From the NCBI GenBank assembly GCA_964304625.1, contig OZ199838.1, positions 7,396,035 through 7,460,034 of the forward strand: DNA of 64,000 nt, given 5' to 3'. The notes under the pieces were generated by a model that was not told where the DNA came from, searched no databases, and saw only the letters and a list, made by a program, of their open reading frames with translations. Source of the DNA: Kudoa neothunni. Lineage: Eukaryota; Animalia; Cnidaria. This document shows, piece after piece, positions 39,246-51,734 of this stretch. A program made the translations under genes and the position numbers. Position 1 is the stretch's first letter; every line of letters begins with the position of its first letter.

Positions 39246-40321
39246 ATGGAAACGACAGGTATGACGAGAAGAAAATTTTTTCGAATATGTTTTGCTTTAT
39301 TCATCATTATTGTGCTCTACGAGCTAATTGTTCTTCTTTTTTGGGAGGATAAAGCACCTATAACAAATACTAAACCAACCTATTTTTTGGAGACAAAAAA
39401 TGTATACTCTCGTTGTATGGAAATGATATCTGACCCCAATTCCGAAAATCCAACTCCTATAATAGAGAAAAATCCTGAAGTGATATTTATAGTTCATTCT
39501 AAAGCGGATGATTATGAATCAAGATGTACAATTCGTGCGACATGGTCTCATTATTCATCAACAAAATTATCATATATAATGTCTTACGTGGTTTACTTTC
39601 AAATCGGATATAAAAACAACCAAACGCTGGTTCAGAACGAACACGAAAATCGACTTTATCATGATCTTTTCATCCACAATAACATAAAAGAAGTATACTC
39701 AAATCTTGCACCTAAGGTAATAGCATCCCTTGAGAGAATACAAAAATCGCAGATTACTTCATTGAAGTATATTGCCAAGACGGATGATGATACATACGTT
39801 GAAATAAAAAAATACTTGATGCATTTGAAAGCAATTCTCAACGTTAATGTGGATTATGAAGGATGTCTGTAATTTTCTATATAATAGAATAATTTATTTT
39901 TAAAGTATTCTAAGAAAAATTTATTAACTTAATACATAGATTTCATACAATGCCCGTTATAAGAGATAAACGGCACAAAAATTACGAACCACCACACGCT
40001 GATTTAAAAGATATTTTCCCACCATATTGTTCCGGTGTTGGATACATGCTGAGATCAACTAAATTGGATTGTCTAGTTTCAGCAAGTAAAACTCACGTAA
40101 ATCTAAAAAATGGAGATGCTAATATTGGTTATCTATTAAAATTTTGTAACGCAACCATGAAATACAACGATGACTACAGCTACAAGTCGATCTATAATCC
40201 CAATTTGGCAAATGGTATCGATTTGGTTAGAAACAGGACCTCCTTCTATTTTATGCACGGAATTAGGAAATATGACCAAATTATACTTGATGAATTTTTA
40301 GTCCGTCAAAACGGTTATTAA
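39246..40321 (+). CDS. GT31 beta-1,3-galactosyl/GlcNAc-transferase-like type II membrane protein, one intron at 39869-39939
   Basis: N-terminal TM anchor. Motifs R..IRATW, ENRLYHDL, YSNLAPK, KTDDDTYV (DxD), PPYCSG.GY. A phase-2 intron joins the two ORFs in frame. Confidence 0.9.
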
Positions 40322-40587
40322 ATTAACTTTTATTTAATTTTACGCTTTTAAAAAATAACATTTCTTATGTCATTTTATGATCCACATAATGTTAATATTT
40401 TCTAATTCCCATTTTTTAAGCAAATATAAATATGTAATAACTTATTGTATTATTAAATATGTTTACGATGTGTTATTAAAATATAACGAAACCAGGCAAT
40501 GTATTTTCGTTCGTTCGTGTTCGTGCCACCATGAATGTTTGAAAATAGTCGTTTGAGTAATCGAGTATCAAGATACATTTTCCTTAA

Positions 40588-40800
40588 CCTTCCGAGTGTT
40601 TTTGAGGTCAATGTGACCCCAGACGGCATTCAGTCGTATTTTAAACCAACTTAGACGTCAATTTTATACTTAAAACCTCAGATATTTTCCTAAAATTTAT
40701 TGCTCTTTCTAAATTAAAGGTTATGAATGCTATTTGGAAATAAATAAAATTAGCATAAAAAATACTCACACTCCCTCTTTTGGGATCAATATGACCCCAG
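40588..40800 (+). mobile_element. piggyBac-type left end, possibly belonging to the 43437-51109 element
   Basis: TTAA-CCTTCC followed by two GGTCAAT.TGACCCC-type palindromic repeats. Confidence 0.5.
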
Positions 40801-41294
40801 CCATTTTTCTCAAAAAAAGTTATTTTACACATTTCTGAACTATAGATTAGTTATTTTTAAACAATTCCTTCAATTGAAACTGAAATTTCGTTAAGTGAAC
40901 ACAGAGAAAAACTAAAAATAAAATTTTCGGTGTTGGTCGATAATCAATCCTCGGCGAGGTAAATTTTTAACGATGGGCGATTTTGACCACGATTCATTGC
41001 TAAACTAGCGCAAAAGCCCCGCTTCGCTTAGGCTTCCTTGCCCGACCAAGGTCATATGAAGTTCAAAGTAAATTAAGAGTATTTAAATGAATAGTATAAA
41101 GATTACCCAATTAACGGATGATTTATTTCCCGGGTTTTGCATACAAATCCGGACGTTATCGTAATTAACCTCGTTCGTTGCTCCACGTTGTTTGAATATT
41201 GTTGAAGCGATGCCTGGTAGAACTGAACTTAGTAACGAGAGATGGTAATCGACGCCGTGATTTTTAAAGGTAAATCCCAAGCACAGGCCGCCAG

Positions 41295-42765
41295 AGGGAA
41301 AGGAGAAAACTGGTCAACCCGCATGCGCCATGCGCCAGTACAAGCACGCGCGTTGGGGTTATAATGTCGGAACAGCTTGGTGAACCTAAGTTTCGAATAA
41401 TCAAAACTTAAAGAAATTCTGAGATGCTTTTTTATCGGAATTATTTTTACACTAAATATCATTCGGGTAAGACGTCACATTTCTGGAGATGTCAAAACAG
41501 GAAGTGCCCTGGAAAAATTTCTACGTCACCACTGGATCAAATTGATAAGCTTGAAATCGTCAAAGAACATAATCATATTTTATCCGACAACGGTATTTCA
41601 AAGATGTTTTTTTCGGCCAATATTAAAAATTTGTCGGAAATTAGTTCGTATTCCACCCATAAAGTCTATTCATTAGCAACAAGCAGTGTAAAATTGTGCG
41701 ATCTACCAATCTTAAATAAAAATCACATCTAAAAAAATATTCGAAATGTGAGAAAAAAAAATTCTATTGTAGTCGATTCTACAAAAAATTTGTTGGAACT
41801 TCAAATAAAGACACTTCGTGGTCAAGATTTTTGCCTGTTTGACTCAGGAGTGGAAACCACAGGTAGAATAGTACTATTGACTACTGATGAGAATTTTTTC
41901 AATTATATGTCATACATGGAAAAATATTTTCGAATGTTTATCCACCGGTATACATATTGAAAACGAAGAAAGAGGTTGATTATTTGAAGACAATAAACAT
42001 CATTAAAAGTAAGTTTGATAATAGCTTCCCAGATTACATAATTATTGATTTCGAGGTGGCTGCATATGTTGCTTTTAAAAAAGCAACAAAATCTTAGATA
42101 TACTTTTGCCTATTTCACTTTGACCTATGTGTTTTTAGAAAAATCCAAAATTTAGGCTTAGCTAATGATTATAATCAGAATAATGAATTAAAATTTTTAG
42201 TTAAATGCCTGACCTTTATAGCATTTGTTCCACCTGAATATGTAGAAATGGAGTATCAGAAAGTTTTAAGAAAATCATTAGAATTTAAGAATATTAACCT
42301 TGTTCCTTTTTTCAACTATTTTGAAAAAAATTTTCTAAAAGGGACCAAATATCCTATCGAATGTTGGAACGCATATGAAAGAGTTATGGAAGATATACCC
42401 TTAACTTCAAACAACGCAGAGACGTTTAACCGTCACTTTCGCGATAAATTTGATAAATGCCATCCAGGTCTTTCAACATTTTTTGAAAAATTAAAGGTTA
42501 ATCAAAGTAATGTTGAGAATGACATCGAATGCCACATGCTTAATGTGACATGCATTACCGATACTACGTATAAACGAAAATTAGGCTCTCTTAAAGAAAT
42601 TTGCAAAAATTATCATGCATATTATAATATGACATACATCCAACTTATAGCCAAAATATATGCTTGGAAATTAACTGATTAGCTTATGTATAGTTCATCT
42701 ATTATCGTTCAAAATATTGTGTATTGTTTGCGCATGCGTGCAAAGGGTTGACCAGTTTTCTCTTT
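41295..42765 (+). mobile_element. FLYWCH-MULE, disrupted
   Basis: Motifs HFWRCQNRKC..HNH, IDFEVAA, LTSNNAE. Inverted motif GAGAAAACTGGTCAACCC at about 41303 and 42745. Confidence 0.85.
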
Positions 42766-43559
42766 ATGGAGTATATTGAAAAAACTCAAATACAATCAAA
42801 AATAACAGATTATTTTAGAAAGGCTTAAAAATTAAATAATAAAATCCAAATTTTCATGTTATTTTTTTCACGTGCGCACACAAAGCCATTGCGGATTAGT
42901 GGTCACCGATTGTAGCAATAAATTTCGTTACTTGTTTTCTCTTTTTTGCGTGTGTAACGACCTTATTTACCCTAATATATATGTAAACGGCGCTTCTAGT
43001 AACCCCATTTTCGGTAATTCTTATTTTAAAAAATGAAAACTTCATAGATTTCCGTAAAAAAGTAACTTAAACTTCGAAAATATATACATATACTATATAA
43101 ATTCAAAATTTTGCAAAACATTAGAATTTATCTGAGAAAAAATGCTAGTATAATTGAGCACATACTCTCCATGCGTCCCCATACTTCATATTTTAACTTT
43201 GTATTATAATCATTAAGAGATAAAAATAAACAACGAAAAATTATCACCATTAATATAAATTAAACATTCAAAAAATGCTTTAATTATAGGTTTTCCTTTT
43301 TCCTATCGAAGGATTACGATGACATCATAAGACTAAATTAGGATTTCCAGGCTACATGTGTTTTAAAATTTAAGAGTAAACAAAGTATATTATTCACTTT
43401 TTGGTAATTAATTTACGCAGAAGTTTATATTTAGAAATGTTTTTGGATAATGATATCAATATCTTGATTGACGACATTATCGAGATTGGTGAAACTATCG
43501 ATAGCGATCTCCAATTTGAAGGTGAATTGTCAGACGCGTCATACTATGAAGATATAGTA

Positions 43560-44753
43560 CCGGGTTTTTCATCCATTTTCGGATATTGTGATGATCAAAT
43601 TCGGTTTTTCGCACAATAAAGTAGCACGTATAAATGTAATTCAATAAGTACTATTCAAAATAGGTTTATAACTTTTTCATAATATTAATCACGAGAAATA
43701 TAATCCATTAAATGACATTTCGCCAAAATCATTTCGGAATGATGATAAAAACTTTTGATTTCATCCTCCGAAACAGACTCTGCCGCAGCCTTCATTCTTG
43801 AAATCAAATCATCCGTTCCGCGCAAAGGGCCGTCTTTTCTAACCCTAGATTTAATAAGCGAGAAGACTTCCTCACATGGGTTAAGAAACGGCGAATATCC
43901 AGGCAGGTAACGTATTTCTCCTTCAAATTCGTCATAAAATTCCGCATTTGCGTGATGGAATCTTACATTATCCATAGCAATAACGAAATTATCCTCCATA
44001 ATATCTTCAATTTCTCTGAGGAGGTCTTGGAATATGTCTGTGTTGACAGATGAAAATACAGCCTCGCAATGTACCAGGCCAGTTCCACATATCGCCAATA
44101 TCATCGTAACGTTTGGGCCACGACTATTTCGTAATGTCACGTTAGGAGTTGTTCCTCTTGGTGACCTCCCGTGGGCCCTCAGCATATGGAGATTGAAAGG
44201 ACTTTCGTCCACAAATACAAGTTTTGTGTATCTTGTGTTGATGTCTAACTGCGTATACCATTGGACGTACACATTCCTCTCCCTCTTTACATCGGGGGAA
44301 TTCCTACTCAAGGGAACTGGCCGGGTTAGTTAAGTGTTATATTCATGTCTTTAAGCCACCTCCAGACAGTAGTAGGACAGACATTTAACTGTAATTTTTC
44401 AATCATTGATACGATTGTAATAGTACAATCGTCTTGAATTAGTCGAATAAGATCATTTTTTATTTGATCGTTAAAAACAACCCTTCTAACACCACCTCGA
44501 GGAGATTTTTTATCCGATAGAGTGATGTAATATTTTTTGACAATACTGTTTACAGTCGATGGTCGATGGGTGAATATCCAAAAATTCCGCCACTTCTGCT
44601 TGGGGTTTTCCCCTTTTTAACAACTTGTTCGATCATTTTTTTCTATTTTCTGCAGAAATAACATTGTATTTGACCATTTTTTACCATTAGAAAAGGTTGC
44701 GCGAAAATCCGAAATTGATCATCGCAATATCCGAAAATGGATGAAAACCTCGG
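43560..44753 (-). mobile_element. IS630/Tc1-like transposon (DD32E) with ~57-bp TIRs
   Basis: TA-CCGGGTTTTTCATCC...GGATGAAAACCTCGG-TA. Catalytic ORF at 43685-44311, with a frameshifted N-terminus. Confidence 0.93.
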
Positions 44754-45428
44754 TAGAAGAGTTAGAATCGTATAGTGATTCTGAGCACGGCGATGAACAT
44801 GATTTTCAAAATTCTTGTAATATGCCTATGTCTAAATCAGGAGTTCAGTGGGATCTTACCAATGAAACAAGGGCACGAACTAGAACACACAATTTTGTCA
44901 CGAGTAACTCTGGTCCTACAGGTGATGCTACAAATGTCCAAAACATTCTTATATGCTTTAGTCTCTTTTTTCTGATTCCATCGTTGAGAAGGTTTTATCT
45001 TACACTAATCAGTTTTGTGAATCGAATGCAAGATATAACAAAGAAAAAAAATAATGATAGAAGAGATGAAATCTTTGTTGGGGATACTAATTGTAGCTGG
45101 AAGGTGTGATGAATCAAAAATGTCGTTCAAAAACATTTGGTACACCAACCCACTTTTCAAGCAATATTTCTTCTCGGTGGTCGGGCCCCGAAATCGTTTT
45201 ACCCACATATATAGGGTAATTCGATTCGACGATAAGCATAACAGACAAGATCGTTTTAATTTGTCGAATGATAAATTTGAGCCCATTCGAGAAGCACTTT
45301 CCGAAGTAAATAATTCTTGTTGTCAGAATTACTCTCCTGGCCCACACATTACTGTTGATGAAAGGATGGTGGCATTTCACGGAAGGTGTCCTTTCAGAGT
45401 CTATATCAGGAACAAACCAGATCGCTAT

Positions 45429-45849
45429 TGTTAGATCCAGTAAGGTGCGCAAAAGAAAAAGAGATCCAAGTAAGAACACAAGAGAGAATTGAAAAGGTGG
45501 GAAAATTATATGGCTTAAATACAGCGAGGAGCGCCAGTTCCAGAATTCGATGCGGTGAGGAAAAAAATGACTAGTGCAGCGAGGGTTCCGTGGGAAAGTA
45601 GTATTTCGTCATCGTTCATTGCTGTGGTCCATATTCGCCGTATTCCCATGTACCAAATTGTGGAGGAACTGTTGTTGGTTATCTTTGGAGGGAAAACGGG
45701 TCATAGGACCAACTTGTCAGCCGTAGAAATCGAAATTGCCGCCAACCATATATTTCCCGACTTGTACTCTTATTCTCCCACGGAACATTTGAATGGGAAA
45801 CTAGTTTAACTTTTCTCACGCAGAAAGTCGAAGTTCCCATGACTCAACA
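45429..45849 (-). repeat. 3' LTR
   Basis: No difference from 49747-50167 seen by eye. Confidence 0.97.
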
Positions 45850-45862
45850 CCCCTCACCCTGG
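45850..45862 (-). other. polypurine tract
   Basis: Minus strand CCAGGGTGAGGGG directly abutting the 3' LTR. Confidence 0.8.
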
Positions 45863-45866
45863 ATAT

Positions 45867-48800
45867 TTAATATCTCCAGAACCACAGGGACTCCGGTGGT
45901 TTTCGTATCCTGCTACTCCGTCTTGGGGCTGGGTCCTCGATCTGCGTCTCCTCTAAAGGTGGTGCTGAATTGTGCTCCTCTACGGCTGGAGTACTCTTCT
46001 CAGTATTGTTTCTTGGGTCGACCTCGCTCGGTATGGTATCCTCCAAGATTGGTACTTCGAACGTCGCTATCTCTTCTTGAAGTCTTGTTGAACGAATCTG
46101 ATCCTGGTGGCGTCGATGTTCTTCGCCGTATTGGGTTCGGATACGATACATGTTCCTTCCAAGTACCTCTTCGATTGTGCCTTGTGACCATGGAATGGAT
46201 GTATTGTTGTAAGTTTTGAAGATTACAATATCTCCTCTTTTCCATTTGTTTCCTCGGGTCATCATGGGTGGACGTTCGATCCCCTCGATCCATGCCGCAA
46301 GTGGGTTCCTTGGTTTCCATCCCAACATCAATTCAGCGGGGGTCTTCTTTGTCGTAGCATGTTCGGCACATCGATACCACCTCAGTAGTTCCTGAATCCG
46401 GCTGTCCAAATTGCTTACTGGCGCTTTCCCTATGATATTTTTGAACGTTCTCACGAAACGTTCCGCCAGTCCATTTGATTGTGGATGGTAGGGAGCAGAT
46501 CTCTTGTGCCGGATCGCGTATTTCGTGCAAAACTTTTGGAAATGTAGCGAGGCGAATTGAGGTCCGTTGTCCGAAACGATGGTCTTAGGAATGCCAAATC
46601 GACCAAAGATGTCTTGTAGTGTTCGTATCGTGGTTGACGACGACGTGTCCTTCATTTCGTAGACCTCTGGCCACTTTGTGTAGGCGTCGACGACAATCAG
46701 ATACATCCTTGAATGGAATGGTCCCGCAAAGTCGATATGGATCCTTTCCATTGGTGCTTTGGCGGGTTCATGAGACAGGTATTGTTGTTGGGGAGCTGCT
46801 GGTTTGATTAGGCCGCAGTGCGTGCATCCTCCAACGATTGATTCGATTTCTTTATCGATATTCGGCCACCACACCAACTCTCGTGCCAAAGATTTGGTCT
46901 TCACAATGCCTAAATGTCCTTGATGTAGAATCGCCAACACCTCCCTCCGCAATTTGGTTGGTATTAGCAATCGGTGTCCTCGGAAGATACAACCTTTGTC
47001 TAGCGAGTATTCTCCAACAGATCCTTTGTATGATCGAAGTTCCAGTATCCAGTGCTTCGTTGGTGTCCCTTTTAGTATATAGTTGGAGAGGGTTTGAAGT
47101 GTGGGGTCTTCCAAGGTCGCGCCTTTCACTGTGTCCGAAGTAAGGTCCAACCGTCGCACCATATTGACGTGAAGGTTTGTGTAACTTCCCTCGTCCTCCT
47201 TATCGGTTTTTGAGTCCCGGTCCAACGGTAATCTTGACAAGGCGTCTGCGTGTTGGTTTTGTAGGCCAGGACGATAGTGGATTTTAAATTGGAAGCCTTG
47301 TAAGTAGATGGTCCACTTCTGGATGCGTGGAGATGACTTTGTCGGAATTCCTTTCAGTGGATTCAGTAGGGAAATCAACGGTTTGTGGTCGGTGTAGATC
47401 GAGAAGAATCTTCCTTCAAGGTAGTGTTTAAATTTTTCCACACCCCAACGCACTGCCAAGGCTTCTTTCTCTATTGTAGAGTAGTTCTTTTCGGCGTCTT
47501 TAAGAACTCTCGACGCGAAGCTGATGGGTCTCTCCTTCCCATCTGGGGTGACGTGGGATAAGATGGCACCAATACCATATGCGGAGGCGTCTGTCGAGAG
47601 GGTAATGTCCAAGCTTGGGTCGAAATGGGCTAAGGTGACATCCTTGGCTATGACATCTTTTATTGAATGAAAAGCCTTAGCGTGTTCCTCGTTCCATGTC
47701 CAAGTTGCTGCCTTCGTCGTCAAATCCATTAAGGGTTTTTGAAGAGTGGAGAGGTTGGGTACGAAATCCCGGTAGTAACCAGCAAGACCACAAAAAGCTC
47801 GGACGTCAGTGGGTGACTTCGGTACTGGTGCCGCTAGTACTGCTTCAACAAGTTGCTTGGTTTTCTGTAGGCCGTCCTTAGAGATGGTGTGCCCGCAGTA
47901 TGTAACCGAATCCTGGAAGAATTTACACTTTTCTTTCCCAAGTTTCAATCCAGCATCCTCAAGTCGCCGGAGTACTTGTCGTAGATTTCTCAAGTGGTCC
48001 TCCTCATTGTGTCCCGTGATGATAATATCGTCCAGGTAGCATGCCGTCATCTTACACCCAAGCAAGCGGGTGTCCATGAGTTTTTGCCAGATTGCTGGGG
48101 CGGACGTGAGACCGAAAGGCATTCTTCTGTAGCGGAAAAGTCCCTTATGTGTATTGATAGTCAGTAGGTTCCGACACTCCTCCTTTATCTCGACCTGTAG
48201 ATACGCGTCTTTGATGTCTAGTACGGTGAATGTCTTTCCCCCGGCTAAGACCGAGAACAAGTCCTCGATCCTGGGGATGGGATATTTGTCCGCTTTCAAG
48301 ACGGGATTGATCGTGACGGAGAAGTCTGCACACAAGCGTATCTTCCCATTCTTTTTTAATGGTGCGACTATTGGAGCCGCCCATTCGCTGTAAGTAATGG
48401 GTTCAATTATGTCTCTGGCCATCAGTCGGTTTAGTTCCTCGTCGATCAACTCCTTTTTGAAGAAGGACACGGGACGTGGTTTAAAGAAGACAGGCTTTGC
48501 GTTATCATCAACGTGTAACATAGCTTGGTAATCCTTTACTTTTCCCAATGTATCGTCGAATAGTGTTTTGTATTCCTCCTCCACAGTCTCCAAATTAGTT
48601 TTGATCGAAGCAATTTTTGGGGGCCACTCCTCAAGCATATGTGGAAGCCAGTCTCGACCAAAAATCGTAGTCAGGTTGTCTTTAGAGACGAAAAGCCGTA
48701 AGTGGATAGCTCCTTTCTTGGTGGCGACTTGTGTGTGAAGAAATCCCGCCAAAGATATCTCATCGCCAGTGTATGATTGTAGTTTCTCAGAAGTCTTGTG

Positions 48801-49709
48801 CAGTTTTCCGCCAACTCGTTTGAAATCGGTCCAAGAAAGTATTGAGACCGCCGCTCCGCTGTCCAATTCCCCGCGAACGGGAACGCCGTTAATCGTCGCG
48901 ATGCAGGAAAGAGGACGCGGGTAAGGTAAAGAATCGACAGTATTATCATTAACTAATGAATCTAGCGTAGTTGCTTCGATGTGGTGCACTCTATTATTAT
49001 GATGTTTTACTCTTCTGCCTTGAAGACAAACTCTCGCCAGATGGCCGATCTTTTGACAGTTCGAGCACTTTGTATTGCGGTGGGAGCAATCCGCAGGTCG
49101 GTGATCCGGTGAGCCACAACGCAAACATTTGAATTTACCTGGCTGAATTCGGTGGACTTGTTCTCCCGGGGTCGTGTTTCGAATGTGAATTCGCTCTTGG
49201 AGAGCCGTTTCCTTGCACTTTGCTATGGCCAGGGCTTCCTGAAAGGTGTAGTTGGCGGTAAGTAGAGCATCTTGTACTGGGCTGTAGGAAGGGTGTAATC
49301 CACTCACCAATTTGTCTCGAAGAGCCTCGTCTAGGAATTGGCCAAATTCGCAGCGCTGTGCAGCCGAGCGTAGACGATTTGAAAATTCTGCGATATTCTC
49401 CCCTTCTAGTTGGAAAATTCTCGCGAATTTGACTCGCTCCACTATCCTCAGAGTCTTTGGTTTCCAATGGTCCGAGAGGATGGGTAGGAGCTTATCGAAG
49501 GTGTAGTCCTGAGGTTTGGATGGCATCACCAAGTCCGTAATCGTTCGGTGTCCAACACGTCCAATCACCGAGAGCAGTAAGGTCACGTAGCTATCATCAT
49601 TCACGCCGTTGATTACCGCAAAGTTGGTAAAACGGTCAATGTAGTAGTCCCAGTCGTCCAGATTGGGATCGAATTCCGAAAGTGTAGCCAACAATCTTGT
49701 GTCCTGCAT
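45867..49709 (-). CDS. Gag-Pol polyprotein, 1280 aa
   Basis: Two CCHC knuckles, protease LDSGA, RT YLDD, RNase H TDAS, integrase HHCC plus DDE (HIDFA, SDNG, NGLAE), in Gypsy domain order. Confidence 0.98.
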   Translation of the reverse strand: MQDTRLLATLSEFDPNLDDWDYYIDRFTNFAVINGVNDDSYVTLLLSVIGRVGHRTITDLVMPSKPQDYTFDKLLPILSDHWKPKTLRIVERVKFARIFQLEGENIAEFSNRLRSAAQRCEFGQFLDEALRDKLVSGLHPSYSPVQDALLTANYTFQEALAIAKCKETALQERIHIRNTTPGEQVHRIQPGKFKCLRCGSPDHRPADCSHRNTKCSNCQKIGHLARVCLQGRRVKHHNNRVHHIEATTLDSLVNDNTVDSLPYPRPLSCIATINGVPVRGELDSGAAVSILSWTDFKRVGGKLHKTSEKLQSYTGDEISLAGFLHTQVATKKGAIHLRLFVSKDNLTTIFGRDWLPHMLEEWPPKIASIKTNLETVEEEYKTLFDDTLGKVKDYQAMLHVDDNAKPVFFKPRPVSFFKKELIDEELNRLMARDIIEPITYSEWAAPIVAPLKKNGKIRLCADFSVTINPVLKADKYPIPRIEDLFSVLAGGKTFTVLDIKDAYLQVEIKEECRNLLTINTHKGLFRYRRMPFGLTSAPAIWQKLMDTRLLGCKMTACYLDDIIITGHNEEDHLRNLRQVLRRLEDAGLKLGKEKCKFFQDSVTYCGHTISKDGLQKTKQLVEAVLAAPVPKSPTDVRAFCGLAGYYRDFVPNLSTLQKPLMDLTTKAATWTWNEEHAKAFHSIKDVIAKDVTLAHFDPSLDITLSTDASAYGIGAILSHVTPDGKERPISFASRVLKDAEKNYSTIEKEALAVRWGVEKFKHYLEGRFFSIYTDHKPLISLLNPLKGIPTKSSPRIQKWTIYLQGFQFKIHYRPGLQNQHADALSRLPLDRDSKTDKEDEGSYTNLHVNMVRRLDLTSDTVKGATLEDPTLQTLSNYILKGTPTKHWILELRSYKGSVGEYSLDKGCIFRGHRLLIPTKLRREVLAILHQGHLGIVKTKSLARELVWWPNIDKEIESIVGGCTHCGLIKPAAPQQQYLSHEPAKAPMERIHIDFAGPFHSRMYLIVVDAYTKWPEVYEMKDTSSSTTIRTLQDIFGRFGIPKTIVSDNGPQFASLHFQKFCTKYAIRHKRSAPYHPQSNGLAERFVRTFKNIIGKAPVSNLDSRIQELLRWYRCAEHATTKKTPAELMLGWKPRNPLAAWIEGIERPPMMTRGNKWKRGDIVIFKTYNNTSIPWSQGTIEEVLGRNMYRIRTQYGEEHRRHQDQIRSTRLQEEIATFEVPILEDTIPSEVDPRNNTEKSTPAVEEHNSAPPLEETQIEDPAPRRSSRIRKPPESLWFWRY

Positions 49710-49733
49710 CGTATGTAGTATGTAGTGTCGTAG

Positions 49734-49745
49734 TCCTCGTCGCCA
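49734..49745 (-). other. primer-binding site, likely tRNA-Ser(GCU)
   Basis: TGGCGACGAGGA, 1 nt inside the 5' LTR, complementary to ..UCCUCGUCGCCA. Confidence 0.8.
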
Positions 49746-49746
49746 A

Positions 49747-50167
49747 TGTTAGATCCAGTAAGGTGCGCAAAAGAAAAAGAGATCCAAGTAAGAACACAAG
49801 AGAGAATTGAAAAGGTGGGAAAATTATATGGCTTAAATACAGCGAGGAGCGCCAGTTCCAGAATTCGATGCGGTGAGGAAAAAAATGACTAGTGCAGCGA
49901 GGGTTCCGTGGGAAAGTAGTATTTCGTCATCGTTCATTGCTGTGGTCCATATTCGCCGTATTCCCATGTACCAAATTGTGGAGGAACTGTTGTTGGTTAT
50001 CTTTGGAGGGAAAACGGGTCATAGGACCAACTTGTCAGCCGTAGAAATCGAAATTGCCGCCAACCATATATTTCCCGACTTGTACTCTTATTCTCCCACG
50101 GAACATTTGAATGGGAAACTAGTTTAACTTTTCTCACGCAGAAAGTCGAAGTTCCCATGACTCAACA
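49747..50167 (-). repeat. 5' LTR
   Basis: TG..CA copy followed by the TSD GCTAT. Confidence 0.97.
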
Positions 50168-51734
50168 GCTATGGGATGAAGTTATGGGGGACGCCGACGT
50201 TGAAACATCGTATTTGCTTAACGTCCAACCGTACACTGGAAAGATTGATGGTGTTAAGGACGTAAAACAAGGCGAAAGAATTGTCAAAGAGTTGATTTAA
50301 CCATACTACGGTTCTGGTCGCGGTGTTACAACAGACAACTTTTTTACAATCGTTCCTCTAGTCTCTTTTTTGTTACAAAACAATGTCACGTTAACGGGAA
50401 CTATCAGACGCAACAATCGATATATTCCGGAACATTTACTAAAGAAGACAAACCAAGTTGAACTGTCGTCAACCTTTTGCTTCTATAATGACATAACGAT
50501 GGTGTCATATGTCTCAAAAAAAATCGTGCCGTTTTTTACTATCTACCGAAATAAACGACAGTGCTATCAAATCAAGTGAAAGGAAGCGACCGGAAATTAT
50601 TCAACACTATAACAGAACGAAGGGCGGTGTTGACAATGGAGATAGCGTGACCAAATTTTATAGTTGTTCAAGAGCAACGAGGAGATGGCCTTTTCGTATG
50701 TTCATGGATCTCATTGATATCGCAGCACTGAATACTTACGTTATATGGACATCGAAGTTTCCTGGTTGGACAGCCAGTTGATCGTAGCAGACGCCAAAAT
50801 TTTCTTAGAGAGTTATGCATTGAATTGATTAAACCGAATGCTATATTGCGTCAGACTTTCAAGAACCATTATCAATCGCACTTAAAATATAGTTTCGAAC
50901 CATTTAATAAATGTATCGATAGTGGGGAAACGTCTAGTTCGGCAAAAATTATTGGTCCGTGCAAAAGATCACGATGTGTATCTTGTTCACGAAACATTGA
51001 TCGAAAAACTAATATACGTTGTTATAACTGCAAGAGACCTATTTGCTTGTCTCGTAGAATCCAAAAAAACTTTGATTATTGTCAAACGTGCAGTTTAGAA
51101 ACTGATTGAATGGGTTAAAGTTCAGTTCCTCCCCCTTCGGTGTCCGCCGGTTACCCGCCATCGGTATTAATCGCGTCACATTTCATAACATATAAACCCA
51201 ATAAAATCTAGTTTACTTTAGTTAGACGTAATTAAACAAAATATATCGATTAAAAAAATAATAAAATAAGGTGTCAATTTATGTGCATAAGAATATAATA
51301 TGATAAAAGTTAATATACGTTTCTATCATTAAATTTGAGAATTATATATAAACGAATATTTTGGATAGTATTATAGATATTATTGATTAATTATAGATTT
51401 ATTTGTTATTTTTTAAAATAAATAGTAAATATTTTTTATATTTTACATGTTCTTTCTAAAAAAATGTATAAACTAAAACAATATGTCGACTCATGATATT
51501 TGTATCTTAATATAATTTTAATAGTTTTTAAATGGATAAAAATCACATATCATGCCATTTCTTTTTTAATTGTATCCTAGTGAGACTATGTTAATGTAAA
51601 ATAATCTCTTTTAACTTAATTTTCGGAAGATTTTGTTATTTTATACAAAAACATTAATTATTTGATAAATATATATATATAATCATTCTAAAAAATAATA
51701 GGTTAACACTTACCACTAATTAAAATAAACTTAA

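Larger units (their letters stand above)
45429..50167 (-). mobile_element. intact Ty3/Gypsy (Mag-like) LTR retrotransposon
   Basis: 421-bp TG..CA LTRs, 5-bp TSD GCTAT, PBS, PPT and an uninterrupted gag-pol ORF. Confidence 0.98.
43437..51109 (+). pseudogene. piggyBac (PGBD4-like) transposase split by Tc1-like and Gypsy insertions
   Basis: Removing the inserts restores ..EDIV|EELE.. and ..KPDRY|GMKLW.. . Motifs VDERMV, TDNFFT, KGGVD and a Cys-rich C-terminus. Confidence 0.92.

Noticed and set aside
45555-45809. 84-aa ORF duplicated at 49873-50127
   Set aside because: It lies antisense within the identical LTRs, has a GTG start and no domain. The duplication is explained by the LTRs.
45839-49506. 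Many overlapping short ORFs within gag-pol
   Set aside because: Expected shadow ORFs in GC-richer coding DNA.
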